The notes beneath the pieces are model-generated. The model worked only from the letters and a program-made list of their open reading frames with translations, did no database searches and was not told where the DNA came from. The position numbers and the translations under genes were made by a program. Of a stretch of 64,000 nt of DNA, positions 47,719 to 56,801 are shown in pieces. Source of the stretch: Rhodospirillaceae bacterium (GTDB taxonomy: Bacteria; Pseudomonadota; Alphaproteobacteria; Rhodospirillales; Rhodospirillaceae); the NCBI GenBank assembly GCA_040221475.1, contig JAVKEJ010000053.1, positions 648,918-712,917 of the forward strand, in the 5' to 3' direction. Each line of letters opens with the position of its first letter. The first letter of the stretch is position 1.

Positions 47719-47769
47719 TGCGACCCGCTGATTAAAAGTCAGCTGCTCTACCACCTGAGCTATGGGCTC
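47694..47769 (-). tRNA. tRNA-Lys (anticodon UUU), CCA encoded
   Basis: The reverse complement is GAGCCCATAGCTCAGGTGGTAGAGCAGCTGACTTTTAATCAGCGGGTCGCAGGTTCGAGTCCTGCTGGGCTCACCA, a standard cloverleaf with anticodon loop CTTTTAA. Confidence 0.9.
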
Positions 47770-47857
47770 TTAACTTGTGTAACCAGCTTGATCCGGCCCC
47801 AAGTGCGGCGCACCATAGGCAGCACCCTCGGGCCGGTCAAGCTTCTATGACGTTCAC

Positions 47858-47901
47858 TGGGCAATGCCCAGGTATTTAGTGGGCAATGCCCAGGTATTTA
47901 A
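47858..47901. repeat. Perfect-to-near-perfect 22-bp tandem repeat (2 copies) upstream of tRNA-Lys
   Basis: TGGGCAATGCCCAGGTATTTAG / TGGGCAATGCCCAGGTATTTAA. Each unit contains the near-dyad GGGCA-A-TGCCC. Confidence 0.85.
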
Positions 47902-47933
47902 GCGGGAATGACCCTCAAAAACTTCAGGTTTGT

Positions 47934-48488
47934 CTAGTCGGCGTCAGCCATCACCTGCATCTGAATAATGCGGTCAGGATAGGTCACTGTGCCATTCCGC
48001 GCCGGATTTCCCTTGCGGATCTGATCGACGAATTCCATGCCCTCAACCACATGGCCAAAATAGGTATATTGACCATCCAGGTGATTTGCATCATCCAAAA
48101 CCACATAAAATTGGCTGTTGGCCGAGTTAATATCAGACGCCCGGGCCATGGAGAGCGCACCACGCGTATGCTTCTCATCGTTAAACTCAGCGTTCAAGTT
48201 GGGCAGGTTTGATCCCCCAGTTCCGTCACCAACAGGATCCCCAGTCTGGGCCATAAAGCCCTCAATGACGCGGTGCCAGGTTAGACCATCATAAAAACCT
48301 GAGCGGGAGAGCTCTTTAAAACGCTCCACATGATTGGGCGCCAAATCCGGGCGCAGCGCAATAACCACGCGGCCATATTCCAGGTCCATATAAATTGTGT
48401 TTTCCGGGTCAAGGTCTGCCGGTTGCGCATTTGCTGCTGTTGTCATTGCAAAAAGGGCCCCCGCTACCCAACTGATCAAAGATTTCAT
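47934..48488 (-). CDS. ppiA: Periplasmic cyclophilin-type peptidyl-prolyl isomerase
   Basis: Start set to MKSLISWVAGALFAMTTAANA (ATG 48488). Cyclophilin blocks FHRVIEGFMAQTGDP-like (WHRVIEGFMAQTGDP), GALSMAR, NSQFYV. Confidence 0.85.
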   Translation of the reverse strand: MKSLISWVAGALFAMTTAANAQPADLDPENTIYMDLEYGRVVIALRPDLAPNHVERFKELSRSGFYDGLTWHRVIEGFMAQTGDPVGDGTGGSNLPNLNAEFNDEKHTRGALSMARASDINSANSQFYVVLDDANHLDGQYTYFGHVVEGMEFVDQIRKGNPARNGTVTYPDRIIQMQVMADAD

Positions 48489-48591
48489 GCCAAAGTCTCC
48501 AAAATTTTCCTGAGGAAGTTCGGCTTCCGATGCCGGTTTACCCAATCGCGCTGCGGCGCTCAAGTCTCGATTATAGGATAAAGTGTGGCGA

Positions 48592-49113
48592 CTATTTGCC
48601 CTTGAAGGCATTGGCCACCTGCTCGGCCACCACCTTCGGCACAAAATGGGTAATATCGCCGCCAAATCTGCCGATCTCTTTGACAAAACGCGACGAGATA
48701 AACTGATTGCGCTCAGAAGCCATCAAGAAGGTCGTTTCAACAGCCGGATTCAGTCGCGCGTTCATGCCCGCCATCTGAAATTCATATTCAAAGTCGGACA
48801 CAGCGCGCAGACCACGGACGATAACCCGCCCGCCAATCTTCGTAACAAAATCCATCAGCAGCATATCGAACGAGACCACCTCTACAGGCACACGGACTAT
48901 TTCTGAGGGCAGCGCCGCAATTTGTGCGCGGCACATCTCCACGCGCTCTTCCAGCGTGAACAGCGGCCCCTTCCCCGCATTGGCGGCAACACCCACCACC
49001 AGCTTATCAACCACTTTTGTCGCTCGGGTGATAATATCCAGGTGCCCATTCGTGATGGGATCGAAGGTGCCGGGATAAACGCCAATTAAAAGTTGCGCCT
49101 CAGGATCACTCAT
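48592..49113 (-). CDS. coaD: Phosphopantetheine adenylyltransferase
   Basis: [18 protein letters not shown] motif. Start set to ATG 49113 ([15 protein letters not shown]), overlapping the gyrA stop by 8 nt (ATGAGTGA). Confidence 0.9.
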   Translation of the reverse strand: MSDPEAQLLIGVYPGTFDPITNGHLDIITRATKVVDKLVVGVAANAGKGPLFTLEERVEMCRAQIAALPSEIVRVPVEVVSFDMLLMDFVTKIGGRVIVRGLRAVSDFEYEFQMAGMNARLNPAVETTFLMASERNQFISSRFVKEIGRFGGDITHFVPKVVAEQVANAFKGK

Positions 49114-51895
49114 CGTCTGAGCGACCTTGTTCGTCAGCCTCAGCCTCATCACCTGCCGAATCTTCTTCGTCTTCGTCCTTGCGCAGATGTGCGACCGACA
49201 TAACCTCTTCATCAGCCGCCGTCGAGAACAAGGTCACCCCCTGCGTCGCGCGTCCGGCGATCCGGATATCCCCAACCGGAATACGAATAACTTTGCCCGC
49301 ATCCGTGATCATCATGGCTTCATCGTCCGACTCAACGGGAAACGCAGCCACCACATTGCCGTTGCGGGCGTTGGTGGCAATGGCCGTCACACCCTGCCCG
49401 CCACGTTTGGTGATGCGATATTCATACGCGGATGTCCGCTTGCCGTAGCCTTTGCGCGTGACCGTGAGGATAAACTCCTCGCCCTCTGACATACGCGCGA
49501 AATCTTCGTCGCTGATGTTCGGCGCATCCCCTGCCTCTTCGGCGGCTTCCGCTTCGTCCTCGTCCATACCCCGCAATTTTCGCGACTGCTTGAGGTAGGC
49601 ATCGCGGGTTTCTGTGTCGAACTCCATGTGATGCAGGATCGTCATGGAAATCACGGTGTCGTCTTTGCCCAGGCGCACACCGCGCACCCCAACCGAGGAC
49701 CGTCCGGCAAACACCCGCACATCGCCAACCGGGAACCGAATGGCCTTGCCGGATTGGGTTGAGAGCAGCACATCTTTTGAGTCGTCACACACGGCCACGC
49801 CGACCAATCGGTCACCGTCGTTCAACTTCATGGCAATCTTGCCATTGCGCATCACATTGGTGAAATCAGACAGCGCATTGCGCCGGACATTGCCCGATGT
49901 GGTGGCAAACATCACATTCAAATCAGCCCAGGCGGACTCATCCTCGGGCAATGGCATCACGGTGGATATCGTTTCCCCCTCACTCAGAGGCAGCAGATTC
50001 ACCATCGCCTTACCGCGGGCTTGCGGCGTACCCAGAGGGAGCTTGTAGACTTTGAGGGTGTACACCATGCCCGTGGTCGAGAAAAACAACAGCGGCGTAT
50101 GGGTGTTCACCACATACAACGAGGTCACAAAATCCTCATCCTTGGTGGACATCCCGGCTCGCCCCTTGCCGCCGCGCCGCTGGGCGCGATAGGTCGACAG
50201 CGGTACGCGTTTGATGTAGCCGGCGTTGGTGACCGTACAGACCATATCTTCGCGCTGGATCAGGTCTTCAATATCGGTCTCAAACTCGTTGTACGAAATC
50301 TCAGTGCGCCGCGGGGTGGCGTACTCTTCTTTCATATCAACCAATTCCTGGCGCATGATGCTGTAAAGGCGCTCACGGGACCGCAGAATATCGAGGAAAT
50401 CAACGATCTGATCGCCTAACTCGCGCAGTTCATTGTGAATCTTTTCGCGCTCCAAGCCCGTCAAACGGTGCAGACGCAGATCCAAAATGGCCTTGGCCTG
50501 GGTTTCAGAGAGCGTATACGCCCCATCGATTACTTTGCGATCCGGCTCATCAATAATTTCAATCAATGGCGCAACATCAGCCGCTGGCCACGCCTTTGCC
50601 ATCAGACCCTCTCGGGCGGTTTGGGCATCAGGCGCCGCTCGGATCAGCGCAATCACTTCATCCAGATTGGCAACCGCGATGGCCAGACCAACCAAAACGT
50701 GTGCCCGGTCACGGGCCTGGCCCAATTCAAAGACCGTCCGGCGGCGAATGACTTCCTCGCGGAAGGTGATAAACGCCGTCAGAATTTGGCGCAGATTCAG
50801 CAGTTCTGGGCGGCCACCATTAATGGCCAGCATGTTCATACCAAAACTGGTTTGCAGCGGTGTAAATCGATAAAGCTGGTTCAACACCACATCGGCTTGC
50901 GTGTCGCGTTTGACCTCCACCACAACCCGCACGCCATTGCGGTCAGATTCATCGCGCAGGTCAGAAATGCCCTCAATGCGTTTTTCGCGCACCAATTCGG
51001 CGATCTTCTCAACCATGGAAGCTTTGTTCACCTGATAGGGCACCTCGGTGATCACAATGGCTTCCCGGTCCTTGCCCATGTCTTCGATTTCGGCCCGGCC
51101 ACGGATCAGCACCGACCCCCGGCCCGTCGCATAAGCCGCCCGCGCGCCGGTTTGACCTAAAATAATGGCCCCGGTGGGAAAATCTGGCCCTGGCACCAAG
51201 TCAATCAAGGCTTCATCAGTGGTGTTCGGGTCATCAATCAACGCACAACAGGCGTTGATCACCTCGCCCAGATTATGGGGCGGAATATTGGTCGCCATAC
51301 CCACAGCGATGCCGCCCGCGCCGTTGACCAGTAAATTCGGGAACCTGGCTGGCAAAACAACAGGCTCATAAACGGTTTCGTCATAGTTGGGCTGAAAATC
51401 AACGGTTTCTTTGTCGATATCGTCAATCAGGCTGTGCGCTGCCTTTTGCAGCCGCGCCTCGGTGTAACGCATGGCCGCCGGGGGATCGCCATCCATGGAC
51501 CCAAAGTTGCCCTGACCGTTGATTAAAGGCAGCCGCATTGAGAAGGTCTGCGCCATACGCACCATGGCATCGTAAATCGCTTGGTCACCATGGGGGTGAT
51601 ACTTACCCATCACATCCCCGACGATGCGCGCTGATTTGCGGAAGGGCTTGTTATATTCGTAGCCGCTTTCTTTCATCGCAAACAAAATACGGCGATGAAC
51701 CGGCTTCAGGCCGTCCCGCACATCTGGCAAAGCCCGGCTGACAATCACGCTCATGGCGTAATCCAGGTAGGACCGCTTCATTTCGTCTTCGATGGTGACG
51801 GTCGAAATATCGTAGGTGGGGGGGTCTTCTGTGGGTTCGCTCAAAATACTACTCGGTGGTAAAGGTAAGCCAATTCTGACCAATATCCGGGGCAT
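49106..51895 (-). CDS. gyrA: DNA gyrase subunit A
   Basis: [42 protein letters not shown], GyrA-box beta-pinwheel repeats, acidic tail. The exact start is uncertain (ATG 51895 lacks an RBS; an in-frame TTG lies at 51844). Confidence 0.93.
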   Translation of the reverse strand: MPRILVRIGLPLPPSSILSEPTEDPPTYDISTVTIEDEMKRSYLDYAMSVIVSRALPDVRDGLKPVHRRILFAMKESGYEYNKPFRKSARIVGDVMGKYHPHGDQAIYDAMVRMAQTFSMRLPLINGQGNFGSMDGDPPAAMRYTEARLQKAAHSLIDDIDKETVDFQPNYDETVYEPVVLPARFPNLLVNGAGGIAVGMATNIPPHNLGEVINACCALIDDPNTTDEALIDLVPGPDFPTGAIILGQTGARAAYATGRGSVLIRGRAEIEDMGKDREAIVITEVPYQVNKASMVEKIAELVREKRIEGISDLRDESDRNGVRVVVEVKRDTQADVVLNQLYRFTPLQTSFGMNMLAINGGRPELLNLRQILTAFITFREEVIRRRTVFELGQARDRAHVLVGLAIAVANLDEVIALIRAAPDAQTAREGLMAKAWPAADVAPLIEIIDEPDRKVIDGAYTLSETQAKAILDLRLHRLTGLEREKIHNELRELGDQIVDFLDILRSRERLYSIMRQELVDMKEEYATPRRTEISYNEFETDIEDLIQREDMVCTVTNAGYIKRVPLSTYRAQRRGGKGRAGMSTKDEDFVTSLYVVNTHTPLLFFSTTGMVYTLKVYKLPLGTPQARGKAMVNLLPLSEGETISTVMPLPEDESAWADLNVMFATTSGNVRRNALSDFTNVMRNGKIAMKLNDGDRLVGVAVCDDSKDVLLSTQSGKAIRFPVGDVRVFAGRSSVGVRGVRLGKDDTVISMTILHHMEFDTETRDAYLKQSRKLRGMDEDEAEAAEEAGDAPNISDEDFARMSEGEEFILTVTRKGYGKRTSAYEYRITKRGGQGVTAIATNARNGNVVAAFPVESDDEAMMITDAGKVIRIPVGDIRIAGRATQGVTLFSTAADEEVMSVAHLRKDEDEEDSAGDEAEADEQGRSDDE

Positions 51896-52266
51896 CTATG
51901 CCGCTCAGCATATCAGCCTTTTCATACTCAAGAATTGGTGCCCTGCTCAAAGGGTCTAAAACGTTGGTATTGTTAATTTTCGATCCCAAAATGTACCAGA
52001 CAGCGTGACATAAATCCAACCATCATACCCCCTGGGACGCCCCGATTGGACGATCGGCTTTTTGGCACCGCAGCAATATAATTAATCTATATATTTCAGA
52101 TACTTAATAATATTTTCCCATACATCCGTGTCGGGCAAAAAATTGCATGGTCAGCGCAAAACAAGCCTACGCCGTCATCCACTACATATAGGGGACAGAC
52201 TCGGGGTCTCTGAGACCTAAAATACAGCATAAATAGCGTGCTATTTAGCGTAGGTATTGAGATACC

Positions 52267-52740
52267 TTAGAACGGAATATCGTCGTCCATATCGCCGCCG
52301 GACGGACCTGAATCCCATCCGCCACCGCTGCCACCGCCATCGCCAGAAGGATCGGAAGCGCCATAACCGCCGCCGCCTCCAGCACCATCACCACGGCCAT
52401 CCAGCATGGTCAGTTCGCCGCCATATCCCTGCAGCACCACTTCCGTGGTATATTTCTCTGTGCCGCTCTGGTCGGTCCATTTGCGGGTCTGCAATTGCCC
52501 GCAGACATACACTTTAGAACCCTTTTTGAGATAGCGCTCCGCAATGTCTGCCAGGCTTCCAAAAATGACGACCCGGTGCCATTCCGTCTTCTCTTTGCGT
52601 TCCCCGGTGTTCTTGTCTTTCCAGTTCTCAGACGTCGCAATGCTGAGGTTGGCAACTTTACCGCCGTTTTGCATCGAACGGACTTCAGGGTCACGCCCCA
52701 GATTACCAATGAGAATGACCTTATTTACGCTGCCAGCCAT
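52267..52740 (-). CDS. ssb: Single-stranded DNA-binding protein
   Basis: Start at [19 protein letters not shown] (ATG 52740). OB-fold core, Gly-rich linker, C-terminal DDDIPF tip. Confidence 0.93.
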   Translation of the reverse strand: MAGSVNKVILIGNLGRDPEVRSMQNGGKVANLSIATSENWKDKNTGERKEKTEWHRVVIFGSLADIAERYLKKGSKVYVCGQLQTRKWTDQSGTEKYTTEVVLQGYGGELTMLDGRGDGAGGGGGYGASDPSGDGGGSGGGWDSGPSGGDMDDDIPF

Positions 52741-52849
52741 GCCGGAACTCCTATGAACTAGTGATGCCACACGATACTCAGCGCGGCACGCGAGGCAAGC
52801 ATTATGCTGCGGCTCATACGATAAGTTTGGCCTGAAGTCGGCATCTGCC

Positions 52850-52867
52850 TGTGGATAATGTGGATAA
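52850..52867. promoter_or_regulatory. Two abutting perfect DnaA boxes
   Basis: TGTGGATAA TGTGGATAA (reverse complement TTATCCACA x2), in the ssb / CYTH-CHAD divergent intergenic region and followed by an AT-rich stretch. Confidence 0.6.
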
Positions 52868-53008
52868 CTAATTGTTTTTACTTTGTTTTCGCTCCGAAAA
52901 TGGTTGCTCCGCTATTCGCCACTGGTGTTTAATCCGGATCAAAGTCGCACGGAGACAGAGTTGGTAAAAACCAACCGCTAAAAAAACTATTATAGGGATG
53001 CAGCTAAC

Positions 53009-54634
53009 GTGGATATGACGTCTCCGCAGGAAAATGCGCACGCCTCCTTGAGTCTGGAAGACGATCCCAATGGCGTGGTTGAGATTGAACTCAAGCTCAC
53101 CACAAATTCCAAGAATCTATCCAAACTGCTCAACCAACTCAGCGCATCTTCTGAAGCGGTTAAATCTAGCCGCAAGATAACGCGCATTGTTTCAACCTAT
53201 TTCGATACCCCTGATCGCCGGTTGCGTAACCGTGGCCTCACCTTGCGTGTGCGTCAAAAAAACGGCAAACGCGTACAGACCGTTAAAAGCGCGGGCACCG
53301 AATCCTCCGGCATGTTTGCCCGGCAGGAATGGACAACGCCGCTGGAGGGTAAAAAACCAGACCTGAACGCCATTGAATCGTCCTCAGTGCGCAATCGCAT
53401 GGGCCTGATTCTGCCGCAAGAACTCAGCCCCCTGTTTAAAACAGACGTCAAACGCACCAGCCTGATCATTGATCACACAACACCCTTGGGTAAAACCGCT
53501 CAAATAGAACTGGCCTTTGATCAAGGGCGTATCGTTGCTGGAAAAAAAACCGATGAGATCTCAGAGCTTGAACTTGAGCTCGTGTCTGGCTCACCTAAAG
53601 CTTTGTTGGATCTCGCTAAAGTCATTTCTGGAATTGCTCCCACGGTCCTGAACCTGCACAGTAAAGTCAGTCGCGGTTTTGACTTATGTTACGGGACACA
53701 TCCGCAAGCAGTGATGGCCCCAAAAATTAAGCTGCCCACTACGGCTTCCGTTGAAGAAGCCATTGTTGAAATACTTAAATCCTCACAGGGCCACCTTCTC
53801 GCTAATCGCTCCGCTGCCGCGCTCGGTCAGGACATCGAAGGGGTGCATCAAGCCCGCGTTGCGATCCGCCGCATTCGATCTGCGCTGTCGGTCTTTAAGG
53901 ATTACCTGACATGCCCCGATGCGGAAAAAATAAAAAACGAAACGCGCTGGTTGATCAATGTGTTGGGGGAGGCCCGCGACCTCGATGTTTTTATTGATGA
54001 GGTCCTCCCCGCTGTTAAAAAAGACCGCCCTGATGACAAAGATTTATCAGCCGTTCTTCTGGCTGCACAAAAAGCCCGCACGGCGGCTTATCGAAAAGTA
54101 AAATCAGCCCTCACCTCCCGGCGCTATACCGATGCCATGCTCGCCACAGCCACCTGGATTGAAAATCGCGCTTGGCGTGAACAAGACAGGACTCATGCTC
54201 TTGATGCGCCCATAAAAGACGTGTCGTGCACGCTCCTTGCCAAGCGCCATCGCAAAGTCATGAAACTGGGCAAAAACTTTAAAACCTTGAGTACAGACCA
54301 ACGCCATGAAGTTCGCATCGCCTTGAAGAAAGTTCGTTACACGGCTGAGTTTTTCTCTAGCCTTTATCCAACGGCCCTCACGCGTCCCTACATTTCAGCC
54401 ATGCGTGGTTTGCAAAATGCCCTCGGCGCGTTGAATGATGTCGCGACAGCAGAAACCTTAACCGCCACTCTTGTCGCCACCGCCAAAAGCGGAACAAAGC
54501 AAAGCGAAGCATTGCGCATGGGGGCCGGCAAAGTCCTCGGCTGGCACACGCGCGCCGCCACGGATGCAAATGAAAATGTCGTTGAACTCTGGACAGCCTT
54601 TGCCAAAAGCCAGCCCTTCTGGCTGCCCGCTTAG
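53009..54634 (+). CDS. CYTH (triphosphate tunnel) and CHAD domain protein
   Basis: The N-terminal VEIELKL...YFDTPDRRLRNRGLTLRVR...ELELEL pattern indicates CYTH. The C-terminal half is helical and basic and begins HQARVAIRRIRSAL, as in CHAD. Confidence 0.75.
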   Translation: MDMTSPQENAHASLSLEDDPNGVVEIELKLTTNSKNLSKLLNQLSASSEAVKSSRKITRIVSTYFDTPDRRLRNRGLTLRVRQKNGKRVQTVKSAGTESSGMFARQEWTTPLEGKKPDLNAIESSSVRNRMGLILPQELSPLFKTDVKRTSLIIDHTTPLGKTAQIELAFDQGRIVAGKKTDEISELELELVSGSPKALLDLAKVISGIAPTVLNLHSKVSRGFDLCYGTHPQAVMAPKIKLPTTASVEEAIVEILKSSQGHLLANRSAAALGQDIEGVHQARVAIRRIRSALSVFKDYLTCPDAEKIKNETRWLINVLGEARDLDVFIDEVLPAVKKDRPDDKDLSAVLLAAQKARTAAYRKVKSALTSRRYTDAMLATATWIENRAWREQDRTHALDAPIKDVSCTLLAKRHRKVMKLGKNFKTLSTDQRHEVRIALKKVRYTAEFFSSLYPTALTRPYISAMRGLQNALGALNDVATAETLTATLVATAKSGTKQSEALRMGAGKVLGWHTRAATDANENVVELWTAFAKSQPFWLPA

Positions 54635-54654
54635 ATGCACGGGAAACACACCTA

Positions 54655-55281
54655 ATGTTGTCTGTTCTGGTCGCCAACCCCAAAGGCGGATGCGGCAAAT
54701 CCACGATCACCACCAATCTGGCCGCCGCCTTTGCCAACGGCGGACTCAAAACAGCCATTGCCGATGTTGACCCGCAAAAAAGTTCTCTCACCTGGCTCAA
54801 ACTCCGTCCGGCAGAAGAAGCAAAAATATACGGATTAAACTGGCTCAAAAATGAGGGTGAGACCGTCAAAGGTCTTCAACGTCTGGTCATTGATGTCAGT
54901 GCGGGAATTGATAAAAAGCACTTCGACATGCTGCTCAAAGCCGCTGATGTCGTCGTCATGCCAGTCCTTCCGTCCGTGTTTGACGAACGCGCAACCGGCG
55001 CGTTTCTTAAAAAAATCGATACCCTGAAACCCATTCGCAAAGGCCGTAAGCAAGTGGCCATCGTTGGCAACCGCATACGCTCAAACACCCGGGCCGCCGC
55101 CCGCCTGGAAGAGTTCCTAGATAACGCCGGACATCCAGTGGTTGCACGCCTCGCAGACCGCAGCGCCTACAGCGAAATGGCGTGCCAGGGCCTTTCGATT
55201 TTTGATCGCGCAGCCACCTATAATGAACTCATCACCACCGACTGGGTGCCACTGATCAGTTTTATTGAGAACCAAGAGTAA
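54655..55281 (+). CDS. ParA/MinD-family ATPase (orphan, 208 aa)
   Basis: Deviant Walker A VANPKGGCGKSTITTNLA. VIDVSAG Walker B-like segment. Begins 20 nt after the CYTH-CHAD stop. Confidence 0.75.
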   Translation: MLSVLVANPKGGCGKSTITTNLAAAFANGGLKTAIADVDPQKSSLTWLKLRPAEEAKIYGLNWLKNEGETVKGLQRLVIDVSAGIDKKHFDMLLKAADVVVMPVLPSVFDERATGAFLKKIDTLKPIRKGRKQVAIVGNRIRSNTRAAARLEEFLDNAGHPVVARLADRSAYSEMACQGLSIFDRAATYNELITTDWVPLISFIENQE

Positions 55282-55310
55282 TCTTCCCAACACCTTGAGG
55301 AATAAATGCC

Positions 55311-56723
55311 ATGATTGACCGCCGTTTTGCACTTACAGGGCTCGCGGCTGCCGCTGGCGCTGCAACCTTTGGTAAAACATCAACCGCTGTCGCGGCGACA
55401 AACAATGCCGCTGTCGCGGCGACAAACAATGCCGCAGCAGCCAGCTCAATTACCGCGATGGATAGACCGGTTCCGGGGCTCGGGCCGCGCATGAACATGG
55501 CCCACGCCTATAAAGTTATGGACCAGCTCAACATAGACGCGCTGATCGTTGGCGAAGGTTTGAACTTCTATCACGCAACAGGCTTTTGGCCCCTCACCCA
55601 ACGCATGGGACACGCGCCCATGGCTTTCGCCATTGTCACGCGCAACGACAGCCAGCCGGTTGCAACCGTGATGTCGGCCTTCAATTACTATTATCAACTG
55701 GCCGACGTACATAGCAGCGACGATTTTGAAGTCTACTTGTTCACCGCGCCAACCGGTGAAGTGGATGACAATGGCAATCCCATCGCGGCTCCGGTCCAAG
55801 GGTTCCGTGATCTTCAGCAAGCCGAGCTCGATCGCATCGAAATCCGTCGCACCAGCTTGGCTGACGCTGCGGCTAAAGAAATCGCGGCACAGGCGGGTGC
55901 GAAATACGCTATGAGCAAAGCCTTGAAAGACTTCGGCCTGGAAAAAGGAACTCTGGCGGTCGATCACCCCAACGTGAAAGCCCTGCTGTCTGAGGCCGCC
56001 CCGCAAGCAACACTGGTGGACGCCGACACAGCTTTGCGCCGCATCCGCCCTGTCAAATCCGACCTTGAAATTACTCTGATGCGCCAGGCGTCCGCCGCCA
56101 ATACGGAAGCAGCCCTCGCCGCCGTTCGGGCGGTGCGCGCCGGGGCCACCTATCAGGACCTGCGGTCTGTGTTTTATGCCGAGGCTGCGCGCCGTGGCAA
56201 TCGCGGGGTTTTCATGGTCATCGACCGGGTCAGCTCAGAACTTTACGATGCCCCCTTCCAAGACGGTCAGGCGTTCCTCATTGATGCGGTCAGCGAGCAA
56301 CACGGATATCATGGTGACTACGGGCGCACGGTCTTTCTGGGCGAACCCACCCGCGCTATGGCCAAAGCCACCACGGCTATGGGACAAGCATGGGATATCG
56401 TGCGCGAGTCTTTACGCCCTGGCATAACGTTTCGCGACATTATGCAAACCGGCAAAGAGGCTCTGAAGAAGATCGACGCGGATTACACCATCTCGTTCAC
56501 ACCACACAGTGTCGGCCTCTATCACACCGACCATGTTGGCAACGCGGGGGCAGCGGCGTTCCGTGAGAATCCGGTGTTGGAAAAAGGCATGATCCTGAGT
56601 GTGGATTGCCCATTGCTCGAAGCCGGCGTCGGCGGCTCCGCCCATCTGGAAGACCTGACCCTCATCACCGAAGACGGCAGCGAACCGATCCACGATATCG
56701 GCAACCAGACCATTATCGTCTGA
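55311..56723 (+). CDS. M24-family metallopeptidase (creatinase/prolidase-like) with twin-arginine leader
   Basis: MIDRRFALTGLAAAAGAATFG leader. M24 metal-ligand contexts FLIDAVSEQHGYHGDYGRTV, TPHSVGLYHTD, ILSVDCPLLE, AHLEDLTLITEDG. Confidence 0.75.
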   Translation: MIDRRFALTGLAAAAGAATFGKTSTAVAATNNAAVAATNNAAAASSITAMDRPVPGLGPRMNMAHAYKVMDQLNIDALIVGEGLNFYHATGFWPLTQRMGHAPMAFAIVTRNDSQPVATVMSAFNYYYQLADVHSSDDFEVYLFTAPTGEVDDNGNPIAAPVQGFRDLQQAELDRIEIRRTSLADAAAKEIAAQAGAKYAMSKALKDFGLEKGTLAVDHPNVKALLSEAAPQATLVDADTALRRIRPVKSDLEITLMRQASAANTEAALAAVRAVRAGATYQDLRSVFYAEAARRGNRGVFMVIDRVSSELYDAPFQDGQAFLIDAVSEQHGYHGDYGRTVFLGEPTRAMAKATTAMGQAWDIVRESLRPGITFRDIMQTGKEALKKIDADYTISFTPHSVGLYHTDHVGNAGAAAFRENPVLEKGMILSVDCPLLEAGVGGSAHLEDLTLITEDGSEPIHDIGNQTIIV

Positions 56724-56744
56724 TCACAACCGTCAGACACTCGA

Positions 56745-56779
56745 CATAAAAAAGGGCGTCCCGCGGGACGCCCTTTTCT
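56745..56779. terminator. Bidirectional intrinsic terminator between the M24 gene and the TonB-dependent receptor gene
   Basis: AAAAAA-GGGCGTCC-cgcg-GGACGCCC-TTTT: an 8-bp GC-rich stem and 4-nt loop, with an A-run on one side and a T-run on the other. Confidence 0.85.
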
Positions 56780-56801
56780 GATTTAACTCTGCGGACTAAG
56801 T

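Noticed and set aside
47499-47769. Genomic island or prophage integrated at tRNA-Lys (and likewise at tRNA-Ser, 1627..1716)
   Set aside because: No integrase, transposase or phage genes are found in the window, and the two att-like copies at tRNA-Lys have nothing inserted between them. Only the scar or duplication itself is reported.
47499-47901. CRISPR array
   Set aside because: Each repeat family (107-nt and 22-nt) has only two copies. There is no unique-spacer organisation and no cas genes anywhere in the window.
52742-52756. GAAC-TCCTAT-GAAC immediately upstream of ssb as an SOS box
   Set aside because: The spacer is 6 nt, not the 7 nt required by the alphaproteobacterial LexA consensus. 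The sequence also doubles as the ssb ribosome-binding site (AGGAG).
51896-53008. Replication origin (AT-rich gyrA-ssb spacer plus tandem DnaA boxes)
   Set aside because: Only two strong DnaA boxes are present, and they lie in a different intergenic region from the main AT-rich tract. There are no origin-associated neighbours (dnaA, dnaN, hemE, parAB). I kept the boxes as a regulatory or titration-site finding instead.
54378-54869. 163-aa minus-strand ORF spanning the CYTH-CHAD / parA junction
   Set aside because: It is antisense to two supported genes. The product is Arg/Ala/Ser-rich and typical of a shadow frame.
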